Positions 21,227 through 31,205 of a stretch of DNA of 64,000 bases are shown here, piece by piece. The notes under the pieces were generated by a model. It ran no database searches and had not been told where the DNA came from. It saw nothing but the letters and a program-made list of their open reading frames with translations. A program made the translations under genes and the position numbers. Position 1 is the stretch's first letter; the number at the start of each line of letters is the position of its first letter. This DNA is from Candidatus Poribacteria bacterium (lineage in GTDB: Bacteria > Poribacteria > WGA-4E > WGA-3G). The stretch lies in the NCBI GenBank assembly GCA_963665235.2, contig CAXXLX010000002.1, forward strand, positions 64,001-128,000, written 5' to 3'.

Positions 21227-23899
21227 ATGTTAAAAAGATTGACGAACTTAAACCTATTTATAGTCTTCCTCTTGGCAGTTTCCGTTTGCATATCAGGCAT
21301 TGCCGAAGCGAACAACGCACCGAACACTGTGGGACCGATTCCTACCCAAACGGTGGGCCTCGGCACAACGCAGACAATGGATCTTTTGACGTGGTTCAAC
21401 GACATCGATGGCGACGTGTTGACTTACACCGCCTCCTCCGCGGATACCGCCATAGCAACGGTGTCGGTGTCAGATACAACCTTGACCGTTACGCCGGTGG
21501 CAGTGGGACAAGTAACGATAACCCTCACTGGCACAGATGCAGGCGGTTTAAGTGCAACGCACAGCTTTTCTTTGAATGTACAGGTCAACGAAGCACCGAC
21601 TGCTAAGGGCACAATTCCTGCTCAACTTCTGACACCTAATGGGAATTCTGTCTCAATTGATGCCTACAATTACTTCAGCGACCCCGAGGAGGATGCGTTG
21701 AGTTACAGTGCCGCCTCCTCGGATACCGCCATAGCGACAACGACCGTTTCAGGCTCATGGGTATCCATCTCTCCCCTTGCAAAAGGGATAGCTACGATTA
21801 CCGTCACGGCGACAGACCTCGGCGGGTTGAGCATTGACCAGACGTTCTCTGTGTTCACTGACCATCCACCGACAACCGTGGGTACAATTCCGGCTCAAGA
21901 AGTTATGGAAACGAAAACCTTATCGTTGAATGTTAGCGACTATTTCAGCGATCCCGAGGGCGATACCTTGACCTACACCGTCAGCTCCTCTGATACCGAC
22001 ACAGTCGTTGCAACCGTGTCGACTGATACGGTGGACCTCCAAGGAAAAGCTGAGGGGACAGCGACAATCACCGTGACAGTAACAGATACCAGCGGTTCAA
22101 CGGCTCAGCAGACCTTCTCTTTGACTGTCACACCGTTCAACAGTCCGCCGGTCACCGTGGGGACAATCCCCGACCAATCGGGGGTTGACGGAGGCGATGC
22201 CGCCACGGTTGTCCTGACCAGCTACTTCCAGGATAGTGCTGATGATACCTTGACCTACACGGCTGCTTCCTCGGATACCGAGGTAGCCACGGTGAGCGTG
22301 TCGGAGGCAACGTTATCGGTCAGTCCCGAGTCAGCGGGTACAGCAACCATAACCGTGACAGCGACAGACACTGCCGGTTCAACGGCTACTCAGACATTTT
22401 CCGTTTCTGTCAGGGCAAATCAGGCACCCGTCCTGTCAAATACATTTGACTCATACCAGGTAGAGGGGGCAGGACCGATTAGCATTACCCTGAGCAGCCA
22501 CTTCAGCGACCCTGATGGCGATCCGTTGACCTATACGGCGAGTACCACTGATTCGTCAATCGCGGGTGTGTCCATTTCGGGGAGTACACTCACTATTAGT
22601 GTTGGTAGCGGCTGGAATGTGGGGGTGGCATCCATAACCGTGACAGCATCCGACCCTTACGGCAAGAGTGCATCCTCGGCGTTTCCATTTACGAGAGGAC
22701 ACCCACCCGGGCACGAGGACAATCAACTACCTAGGTATCCCGGAGCACCGGCAGATGCCGTACCGGGTCTCAGCAGCGAAGAACTATCGCAGCTCGGCAC
22801 CTTGTTGAAGTATGATACGATTATCTTCAACGAACTGCATAACGGCTCCGACGATACCACCGACTGGCTGGAACTCCGCAATGTAAGCACAGCCGCTATC
22901 GCACTTGACGACTGGCAACTCACTGTCCGGACAGCGGAAGCGAGTGTCATTGTCGCGTTCCCCGCAGGCACGGTTATCCCCGCAGGGGATGTGCTCTTAA
23001 TTACCAACCCTGATACAGCATCAGCCGATATATCTGTTCTGTCTGTGGTTTCTGAAAAATTTGCGTTGCCACAAGCACCGTTTGCATTGATCCTACGAAA
23101 CCCGACAGTGTTCGGTGATATTGCAGGGAATTACGTCCAAGGCGAAACCGTAGCAACGACCCCCGCATTCACTGTAGACACGGTATGGGAACGAACGCAG
23201 CCAATAGTTTTTGGGTATAGCGCGGCGGCGTGGGCAGTTAGCACTTATCAAGATGGGCTCGGCACTCCGGGTTATCAGCCTCTATCAACGGATATAAATA
23301 GGGATGGGGTTGTGAACATTTTTGACTTGGTGTTAGTTGCCTCACAGTTCGGAACGACAAGCACAACCGCGGATCTGAATGGTGACGGCACTGTCAACCT
23401 GATGGATTTGGCTTTAGTTGCCGGGGCATTAGGTCCCGCTATTGGCGCACCGACAGCGAATAGGTCTACTGCCGCTGTCGTTAACAATTGGTTGACGGTT
23501 GCGCGTCAAAACGCTGCAAACGTTGTTAAATCCTCCATTCCGGAAGGATTTTCATACCAGCGCGGCATTCAGGTGCTTGAAGAGTTAACACGTGCGTTGA
23601 CACCTGATGCAACCGCGCTATTAGCGAACTATCCGAACCCGTTCAACCCAGAGACATGGATACCGTATCAGTTGGCGAAAGCCGCAGATGTGACGATAAC
23701 CATCTATGCCTCGGATGGGAACGTTGTTCGGACGTTAGTGTTAGGGCATCGGGATGCGGGCATGTATAAAACCCGTACCCAGGCGGCATATTGGGATGGC
23801 AAAAACGAAATAGGTGAGTCCGTAGCCAGCGGCGTGTATTTCTACACCCTCACCGCCGGTGACTTCTCCGCCACGCGCAAGATGCTCATCCTCAAGTAA
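21227..23899 (+). CDS. Surface protein paralog 6: signal peptide + 5 Ig-like repeats + constant cassette
   Basis: MLKRLTNLN...IAEA signal peptide (ATG 21224 or 21227) and conserved tail. It lacks an adjacent AGGAG RBS (see findings). Confidence 0.9.
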   Translation: MLKRLTNLNLFIVFLLAVSVCISGIAEANNAPNTVGPIPTQTVGLGTTQTMDLLTWFNDIDGDVLTYTASSADTAIATVSVSDTTLTVTPVAVGQVTITLTGTDAGGLSATHSFSLNVQVNEAPTAKGTIPAQLLTPNGNSVSIDAYNYFSDPEEDALSYSAASSDTAIATTTVSGSWVSISPLAKGIATITVTATDLGGLSIDQTFSVFTDHPPTTVGTIPAQEVMETKTLSLNVSDYFSDPEGDTLTYTVSSSDTDTVVATVSTDTVDLQGKAEGTATITVTVTDTSGSTAQQTFSLTVTPFNSPPVTVGTIPDQSGVDGGDAATVVLTSYFQDSADDTLTYTAASSDTEVATVSVSEATLSVSPESAGTATITVTATDTAGSTATQTFSVSVRANQAPVLSNTFDSYQVEGAGPISITLSSHFSDPDGDPLTYTASTTDSSIAGVSISGSTLTISVGSGWNVGVASITVTASDPYGKSASSAFPFTRGHPPGHEDNQLPRYPGAPADAVPGLSSEELSQLGTLLKYDTIIFNELHNGSDDTTDWLELRNVSTAAIALDDWQLTVRTAEASVIVAFPAGTVIPAGDVLLITNPDTASADISVLSVVSEKFALPQAPFALILRNPTVFGDIAGNYVQGETVATTPAFTVDTVWERTQPIVFGYSAAAWAVSTYQDGLGTPGYQPLSTDINRDGVVNIFDLVLVASQFGTTSTTADLNGDGTVNLMDLALVAGALGPAIGAPTANRSTAAVVNNWLTVARQNAANVVKSSIPEGFSYQRGIQVLEELTRALTPDATALLANYPNPFNPETWIPYQLAKAADVTITIYASDGNVVRTLVLGHRDAGMYKTRTQAAYWDGKNEIGESVASGVYFYTLTAGDFSATRKMLILK

Positions 23900-23908
23900 C
23901 GTTAGGTC

Positions 23909-23931
23909 AGGCGAGGTGTCACAACCTCGCC
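23909..23931. repeat. GGCGAGGT..N..ACCTCGCC hairpin family downstream of stop codons (REP-like, may also act in termination/mRNA stability)
   Basis: Copies at ~23909, 27719, 30886, 44211, 49856 and 56156; interrupted copies at ~39686 and 52792. Confidence 0.75.
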
Positions 23932-24129
23932 ACAACCTATCTCTATGTCCGTAGGGGCGGGGTCTCCCCGCCCGAGAGGTGCGATAATATAAAAAAATAA
24001 TTCGGTTCTTTCGTCTGAGCCGGGTCGGTAACAAAGAAGCTCTTAATTCCGCGAAATCCGCGATTTGCGGCGTACTCGCCCAAATGCGCCGTGCATTCAG
24101 ACAAACAAAAATTTAAGGAGAACAAAAAA

Positions 24130-27100
24130 ATGTTAAAACGATTAACAACGACAACGCTTTTTCTTATCTTGACCCTGACCCTTTTCGTTGCCATGGTAGG
24201 CGTTAGCGAGGCGCAAACTATAAATCCTCCAGACTACTTCTGGTCCTTTTCGAAGCGCAACAGCTTTACAGCTCTCTGGGATGAACCCGACCTTCCCTGG
24301 GGATGGGCGGTTGACTATTATAACCTCCGATACAGAAAGCAGGGGGATACAAGTTGGACAGATGTCCCCACCAACATCTCTGCTTGGGACGGTACCCAAT
24401 GGCGAGGAAAGATTACGATCCCAGATCTAACGCCAAACACCACTTATGAATATCAGGTGCGTACCAAAGGCTACACTTTTTTTGCGATTACTAAAACCGG
24501 CGACTGGTCGTCAACACAGGAAGCGAAGACAAAAGCGAACGGGGCACCGACCACTGTGGGGTCGATACCCGATCAATCGAAAGTTGAAAGCTCTACCCTT
24601 ACAGTGGATGTGAGTAGTTATTTCAGCGACCCCGAGAGCGACACACTAACCTACACTGCAACCTCATCGGATACGAGCAAAGCCACAGTGACCGTGTCAG
24701 GTGCTAATGTAAACGTTTCTACGTTGGCTCCGGGGTCGGCAACAATCACCGTTACCGCAACGGATATCTTCAATGCCACCGGCACCCAGACCATCGAGGT
24801 GACGGTGACTCCAAATCAGGCACCGCAGTTAATCGGAACAATTCCGGACCAAACACTAAAGGTCGGTGGTACTGACCATCTCGGACCGCTGGCAGGCGTT
24901 ATAATTAATAATATAAGGTTCTATTTCAGCGACCCTGATGGCCATACACTAACCTATAGTGCAACCTCATCCGATACGAGCATCGCCACAGTGAGCGTTG
25001 CAGAATCAACCTTTATGACCCAATTACTCACCAATGCTGTGGGTGAGGGGTCGGCGACAATCACCGTCACAGCAACGGATACCCTCGGTGCCACCGGCAC
25101 GCAAACCTTCACGGCAACCGTGCAGCCAAACTCGGCACCGGAACTGGTGGGTTCTATTCCTGCCCAAACGGTATCTTTGACTGCATCTGCTGTGACAGTA
25201 GATGTGAGTAGTTACTTCAGTGATGCCGATAATAATCCACTAACCTATAGTGCAACCTCGTCGGATACAAGCAAAGCCACAGTAAGCCTGTCAGGGGCAA
25301 CGCTAACAATCACAGGAGTGGTTGCGGGGTCGGCGACAATCACCGTAACAGCAACGGATACCGCCAACGCAACGGCTACACAGACTATCTCTGTCACGGT
25401 TGTTACAAACCGCGTACCGGTGTCGGTGGGAACTATTCCAACCCAAACCTTGGGTGTCGGCGGCACAGCTGCGACAGTGGATATGAGTCCCTACTTCAGC
25501 GACCCCGATGGGAATTCACTAACCTATGTTGCAAGACCAGCCGATACGAGCATCGTCACAGTGACCCGGTCAGGGTCAACGTTCACCATCACACCCGTGG
25601 CTGCGGGCTCCACAACAATCACCGCGCAGGCGAGTGATGACAGCAACGCATCCGCTACGCAGACCTTCTCTGTCAAAGTCGTTTCAAATAGAACACCGAC
25701 CAAGGTAGGCACAATTCCGAGCCAATTGGTGAGAGTCGGCAGCACTGCCGCGACAATTGATGTGAGTCCTTACTTCAGCGATCCCGATGGACATACACTA
25801 ACCTATAGTGCAACCTCATATAGTACGAGCAAAGCCACAGTGAGCATGTCAGGGTCAACCGTAACCATCACCGCGGTGGCCGCCGGTAACTCGACAATAA
25901 GAGTGAAAGCCACAGATATCCACAACGCAAGCACCACGCACACTTTCTCTGTCAAGGTCGTTGCAAGCGACGCGGTGGTCCGTGTGGGTACAATTCCGGC
26001 ACAAACGGTGGCACTGAGTGGAACTGGCGTTGCGACAGTGGATGTAAGTAATTACTTCAGCGGGCCCGATGGCGATACACTAACCTATAGTGCAACCTCA
26101 TCCAGTACGAGCAGAGCCACAGTGAGCGTGTCAGACGCAACGGTAACCATCACCGGCGTAGCTGCGGGGTGGTCGACAATAAGGGTGACCGCGACAAATA
26201 GCAGCAACGCATCCGCTACACAGAGTTTCTCTACCAGGGTCTATGCAAACCGCGCACCGACCAAGGTGGGCACAATTCCGACGCTCAATACTGCTCAGAC
26301 TTGGAATGAGCAGTTCGGCGTTAGCAGCTATTTCAGCGACCCCGATGGCAATACATTGACCTACGCCGCAAGCTCCTCTGATGACACTATAGCCGATGCA
26401 GGCATTAGTAGCACGGATAGTTCGGCGGTGTATGTCTTCGGAAATGGTGTGGGAACAGCGACAATCACCGTGACAGCGACAGACCCAGGTGGATTGACTG
26501 GGACGCAGACCTTCTCCGTTGAAGTCGCTGCCGAGGTCCACCAGGCTGATACCGTGCCGGGGCTCAGCAGCACAGAGCAATTGCTGCTCGGTAAACTGCT
26601 CACGTATGATACGATTATCTTCAACGAATTGTGCAACAGCTCCATCGATGCAAACGATTGGTTGGAACTCCGAAATGTTAGCAATATCGACATCCCGATG
26701 GACGAATGGCAACTCCGCATTCTTACCGGTGAAGGTAATGCTGTTATTCCGTTACCCAAAGGTACGGTTATACCGGCAGGCCAAGTCCTCTTAATCACAA
26801 ACACTGAGATGGCCACAATAGATGCGTCCGTTGCACCTATCGTTATTAAATCTTTCGTGGTGCCGCAATCGGAGTTCGCTTTGATCCTACGCAGTCCGAA
26901 TGTGTTCGGCGACATCGCCGGCAATTACTATGAAGGTCAAAGAGAACGTCCCAAAACGTCACCCGCATTGACAGTAGACACAGTGTGGGCTCGCACACAA
27001 CCGATTATCTCCGGGTATCGTGCGGAGGCGTGGGCAAAAAGCACGTACCGAAATGGACTCGGTTCACCAGGCTATCACCCGTCAGCTCTAATAGGCGATC

Positions 27101-27708
27101 TGAACAACGACAGTGTCGTGAACATCTTAGACCTTGTGCTGGTTGCCTCAAAGTTCGGGACACTAGGGCATACGGCAGCAGATCTGAACGGTGATAACAC
27201 TGTAAACGTTCAAGATCTGCTTATGGTTGCTGGTGCGTTAGGGCCCGCTATCGGTGCGCCAACAGCGAATCAGTCCGAGGCAGCAACGGTCAACAGTTGG
27301 CTGCAGCTTGCGCGTCAAAACGAATCGAAAGTCGTCGAATCCGCTATGCCAGGAGGTTTCTCCTACGAACGCGGGATACAGGTACTTGAAGAGTTAGCAC
27401 GTGCGTTGACACCTGATGCAACCGCGCTCTTAGCGAACTATCCGAACCCGTTCAACCCAGAGACATGGATACCGTATCAGTTATCAAAAACGGTTGACGT
27501 AACGATAACGATATATGCGTCAGATGGGAACGTTGTTCGGACGTTAGCATTAGGGCATAGGGATGCGGGCATGTATAAGACCCGTAGTCAAGCCGCGTAT
27601 TGGGATGGCAAAAACGAAATAGGTGAGTCCGTAGCCAGCGGCGTGTATTTCTACACCCTCACCGCCGGTGATTTCTCTGCCACGCGCAAAATGCTCATCC
27701 TCAAATAA
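24130..27708 (+). CDS. Surface protein paralog 7: signal peptide + FN3 + 7 Ig-like repeats + constant cassette
   Basis: TAAGGAG RBS, then ATG 24130. FN3 head followed by DVSSYFSDP repeats and the conserved tail. Confidence 0.93.
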   Translation: MLKRLTTTTLFLILTLTLFVAMVGVSEAQTINPPDYFWSFSKRNSFTALWDEPDLPWGWAVDYYNLRYRKQGDTSWTDVPTNISAWDGTQWRGKITIPDLTPNTTYEYQVRTKGYTFFAITKTGDWSSTQEAKTKANGAPTTVGSIPDQSKVESSTLTVDVSSYFSDPESDTLTYTATSSDTSKATVTVSGANVNVSTLAPGSATITVTATDIFNATGTQTIEVTVTPNQAPQLIGTIPDQTLKVGGTDHLGPLAGVIINNIRFYFSDPDGHTLTYSATSSDTSIATVSVAESTFMTQLLTNAVGEGSATITVTATDTLGATGTQTFTATVQPNSAPELVGSIPAQTVSLTASAVTVDVSSYFSDADNNPLTYSATSSDTSKATVSLSGATLTITGVVAGSATITVTATDTANATATQTISVTVVTNRVPVSVGTIPTQTLGVGGTAATVDMSPYFSDPDGNSLTYVARPADTSIVTVTRSGSTFTITPVAAGSTTITAQASDDSNASATQTFSVKVVSNRTPTKVGTIPSQLVRVGSTAATIDVSPYFSDPDGHTLTYSATSYSTSKATVSMSGSTVTITAVAAGNSTIRVKATDIHNASTTHTFSVKVVASDAVVRVGTIPAQTVALSGTGVATVDVSNYFSGPDGDTLTYSATSSSTSRATVSVSDATVTITGVAAGWSTIRVTATNSSNASATQSFSTRVYANRAPTKVGTIPTLNTAQTWNEQFGVSSYFSDPDGNTLTYAASSSDDTIADAGISSTDSSAVYVFGNGVGTATITVTATDPGGLTGTQTFSVEVAAEVHQADTVPGLSSTEQLLLGKLLTYDTIIFNELCNSSIDANDWLELRNVSNIDIPMDEWQLRILTGEGNAVIPLPKGTVIPAGQVLLITNTEMATIDASVAPIVIKSFVVPQSEFALILRSPNVFGDIAGNYYEGQRERPKTSPALTVDTVWARTQPIISGYRAEAWAKSTYRNGLGSPGYHPSALIGDLNNDSVVNILDLVLVASKFGTLGHTAADLNGDNTVNVQDLLMVAGALGPAIGAPTANQSEAATVNSWLQLARQNESKVVESAMPGGFSYERGIQVLEELARALTPDATALLANYPNPFNPETWIPYQLSKTVDVTITIYASDGNVVRTLALGHRDAGMYKTRSQAAYWDGKNEIGESVASGVYFYTLTAGDFSATRKMLILK

Positions 27709-27802
27709 CCTGTTAATAGGCGAGGTGTCAAAACCTCGCCTTAACTCTAAAGTCTGTCTAAACTTTTTTCCAACAGATTAATTATTTTAAAGGAAACTTA
27801 TC

Positions 27803-30800
27803 ATGAAAAGATCAAATTTTTCGTTTACAACAATTCTTTTTGCTTCAGTGCTAAGCTCGGTTTTCGTTTTCTGCTCAATACAAGTCGAGGCACAGACTAT
27901 CCCCGCCCCGTCTTCTATCAGTGTATCTAACCCGGGTCAAACCAGTTTTACAGTAAATTGGATAGCACCTGATACGGGTGGAATCGCCATTACAGGGTAT
28001 GATGTGGAATACCGGGATGCCAGCATCACTGGCAGCAGTTTCGTAGATGCCGGGCACACCGGCACAACGACGAGCATTACGATCACCGGCTTGACAAGAT
28101 ACACTGAGTATGCGCTTCGAATACGGACGCTCACTGCAAATGCAAACAGTGCATGGTCAACCTCAGTGTTCACGAGCACACTCTCGGCAATTCCAGCACC
28201 CTCTTCGCTGACCGCCTCTAACAAAACGACTACCGGTTTTGACGTGAGTTGGACGGCACCGACCACCACTGAGACCGTTACAAGTTATGATGTCCGATAC
28301 CGCCCCATCGGTGTATCCGGTAGTTTCGTTTCTACGAACACCACTAATACGCAGGTTACCCTTAGCGGTTTAACACCGAACATTACGTATGAAGTCCAAG
28401 TGCGGGCGAATAGTGCGACTGAAAGCAGCATTTGGACAGTATCACCAAACTCATTGATAGTGAAAACACTCGCGGAGACTGTTTTAAGCGAGCTCGGTAC
28501 ACCCTCTAATGTCACCGCATCTAATAATACTAACACCAGTTTTGACGTGAGGTGGACGGCACCGACCACCACTGAGACCATTACAGGGTATGATGTGCAA
28601 TACGGGATAAACATCGCTTACGTCACGACCGTGTCTGTCACAGGCACAAGTACCAGTCTAACAGGGTTGACACCAAACACGGGTTATCTAATCCAAGTCC
28701 GCGCAAAAAGTGCAAATGGCAAAGGTGCCTGGTCAACGACCGTGTATGCGGCGACCACGTCAGGAGCGATAAGCAGTTTGCCTGCACCCACGGGGCTCAC
28801 GGCATCTAATAAGACGAGCACAGGTTTCACAGTCAGTTGGACGGAACCGACCACCACCGAGACCATTACAGGGTATGATGTCAGATACAAAGTGGTATCT
28901 ACAGCGACTTACACCGACGCGGAGCACACGGGGACAGACACAAGTTCTACCTTCACAGGGTTGACACCCAACACTAATTATGAGTTCCAAGTCCGCACAG
29001 TGATAAGTAGAGGATATAGTGCTTGGTCAGCTACATTCTACGATGCGACACTCACGCAGTATCCGATTGCCGCACCGACTGGGCTGACCGTATCTAATAA
29101 GACGAGCACGGGTTTCACAGTGAGTTGGACGGCCCCGACAAATACAAGCGGGTTAACCCTCACGGGATACGAGGTCAGATACAGCATCGTATCTTCAGCG
29201 ACTTACACCGACGCGGGGCACACGGGGACAGACACAAGTTCTACCTTCACAGGGTTGACACCCAACACTGCTTATGAGGCCCAAGTCCGCGCAGTCGCAG
29301 GCAATGATACAAGTGTGTGGTCCTTACCAGTCTATACGGCGACACTCACGCAGTATCCGATTGCCGCACCGACCGGGCTGACCGTATCTAATCGGACTTC
29401 TACCGGTTTCACAGTGAGTTGGACAGCACCGACTAATACGAGCGGGTTAACCATCACCGGTTATGATGTTAGATACAAAGTGGTATCTTCAGCGACTTAC
29501 AGCGATGCTGGTCACACGGGGACAGACACAAGTTTTACCTTCGCAGGATTGACACCAAACACTAGTTATAAGGTCCAAATTCGCGCAGTGGGAGGAAGTG
29601 ATACAAGTTTGTGGACCTCAGCAGTCTATACGGCGACACTCGCGTCTACCGCTGATGCGGTGCCGGGTCTCAGCAGCCAAGAGCTGTTGCAACTCGGTGC
29701 GTTGCTAACTTACGATACGGTTATCATCAATGAGCTCCACAACAGTTCCATTGATGCCAACGACTGGCTGGAACTCCGAAACGTCAGCGGTGCGGACCTT
29801 CCACTTGACACTTGGCACCTCACTGTCCGGACAGCCGATAGTAATCTCGTTGTGACGTTCCCCACAGGCACGGTGATCCCTACAGGTGATGTCCTTTTAC
29901 TCACCAACACAGCGGGAGGTCGCGAGCAAAGCTCGCTCCTACAAGAAGATGGCGAGATGGCGACAGCAGATGATATGTCTGTGTTATCTGTGGTTTCTGA
30001 AGCCTTTGTGTTGCCACAAGCAAAGTTTGCGTTGGTTCTACGAAGTCCGACAGTGTTCGGCGACATCGCAGGGAATTACGTTCAAGGCGAAGCCCTATCA
30101 ACGACCCCCGCATTCACCGTAGACACGGCATGGGACCGCACGCAGCCGGTTGCCTTCGGGTATCGCACCGAGGCGTGGGCAAAGAGCACCTATCAAAATG
30201 GACTCGGCTCCCCAGGCTATCAGCCTCTGGCTCCATCAGCGGATGTCAATAGCGATGGTCTTGTAAACATCTTTGATTTGGTGTTAGTTGCCTCACAGTT
30301 CGGGACAACAAGCACAACCGCCGATCTGAATAGGGACGGCACTGTCAACATAGCGGATTTGGCTTTAGTTGCCGGGGCGTTAGGTCCCGCTATCGGCGCG
30401 CCGACTGCAAATCAGTCCGCTGCCGCGGTCGTCAACAATTGGCTCAAACTTGCCCGTGAAAACGCTGCAAACGTCGTTAAATCCTCCATTCCGGCAGGAT
30501 TTTCATACCAGCGCGGCATTCAGGTGCTTGAAGAGTTAGCACGTGCGTTGACACCGAATACAACCGCCTTATTGGCGAACTATCCGAACCCGTTCAACCC
30601 AGAGACATGGATACCGTATCAGTTGGCAAAAGCCACTGATGTAACGCTAACGATATATGCCTCGGATGGCAACCTTGTTCGGACGTTAGCAATAGGGCAT
30701 CGAGATGTGGGCATGTATAAAACCCGTACCCAAGCCGCCTATTGGGATGGTAAAAATGCGTTAGGCGAGTCCGTAGCGAGCGGTGTGTATTTCTACACCC

Positions 30801-30850
30801 TCACCGCCGGTGCCTTCTCCGCCACACGCAAAATGCTCATCCTCAAGTAG
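27803..30850 (+). CDS. Surface protein paralog 8: signal peptide + 6 FN3 repeats + constant cassette
   Basis: Six repeats of AP..L..SN...T.F.VSW..P...ITGYDV.Y...GLTPNT.Y..QVR; AAAGGA RBS; conserved tail. Confidence 0.93.
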   Translation: MKRSNFSFTTILFASVLSSVFVFCSIQVEAQTIPAPSSISVSNPGQTSFTVNWIAPDTGGIAITGYDVEYRDASITGSSFVDAGHTGTTTSITITGLTRYTEYALRIRTLTANANSAWSTSVFTSTLSAIPAPSSLTASNKTTTGFDVSWTAPTTTETVTSYDVRYRPIGVSGSFVSTNTTNTQVTLSGLTPNITYEVQVRANSATESSIWTVSPNSLIVKTLAETVLSELGTPSNVTASNNTNTSFDVRWTAPTTTETITGYDVQYGINIAYVTTVSVTGTSTSLTGLTPNTGYLIQVRAKSANGKGAWSTTVYAATTSGAISSLPAPTGLTASNKTSTGFTVSWTEPTTTETITGYDVRYKVVSTATYTDAEHTGTDTSSTFTGLTPNTNYEFQVRTVISRGYSAWSATFYDATLTQYPIAAPTGLTVSNKTSTGFTVSWTAPTNTSGLTLTGYEVRYSIVSSATYTDAGHTGTDTSSTFTGLTPNTAYEAQVRAVAGNDTSVWSLPVYTATLTQYPIAAPTGLTVSNRTSTGFTVSWTAPTNTSGLTITGYDVRYKVVSSATYSDAGHTGTDTSFTFAGLTPNTSYKVQIRAVGGSDTSLWTSAVYTATLASTADAVPGLSSQELLQLGALLTYDTVIINELHNSSIDANDWLELRNVSGADLPLDTWHLTVRTADSNLVVTFPTGTVIPTGDVLLLTNTAGGREQSSLLQEDGEMATADDMSVLSVVSEAFVLPQAKFALVLRSPTVFGDIAGNYVQGEALSTTPAFTVDTAWDRTQPVAFGYRTEAWAKSTYQNGLGSPGYQPLAPSADVNSDGLVNIFDLVLVASQFGTTSTTADLNRDGTVNIADLALVAGALGPAIGAPTANQSAAAVVNNWLKLARENAANVVKSSIPAGFSYQRGIQVLEELARALTPNTTALLANYPNPFNPETWIPYQLAKATDVTLTIYASDGNLVRTLAIGHRDVGMYKTRTQAAYWDGKNALGESVASGVYFYTLTAGAFSATRKMLILK

Positions 30851-30924
30851 GAGCGTGCTGTGCACGCGATAAATAATGTTTAATCGGCGAGGTTTTGACA
30901 CCTCGCCACAACCTATTATCTTTT

Positions 30925-31084
30925 GTAGCATAAACTTCCAGTTTGTGCGGGCATTTTTGTAGCATAAACTTCCAGTTTGTGCGGGCATTTTTGTAGCATA
31001 AACTTCCAGTTTGTGCGGGCATTTTTGTAGCATAAACTTCCAGTTTGTGCGGGCATTTTTGTAGCATAAACTTCCAGTTTGTGC
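30925..31084 (+). repeat. Tandem array: 5 x 34 bp (GTAGCATAAACTTCCAGTTTGTGC + GGGCATTTTT)
   Basis: Units start at 30925, 30959, 30993, 31027 and 31061. Confidence 0.95.
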
Positions 31085-31205
31085 AAGCGTGTATAGTAAG
31101 GCGGGGTTTCCCCGCCCGCATTCCGCGTTTTCCGCGCCTTCGGCGATTTGCGGCGTACTCGCCCAAATGCGACGTGCATTCAGACAAACAAAGGAGAAAA
31201 AAAAG

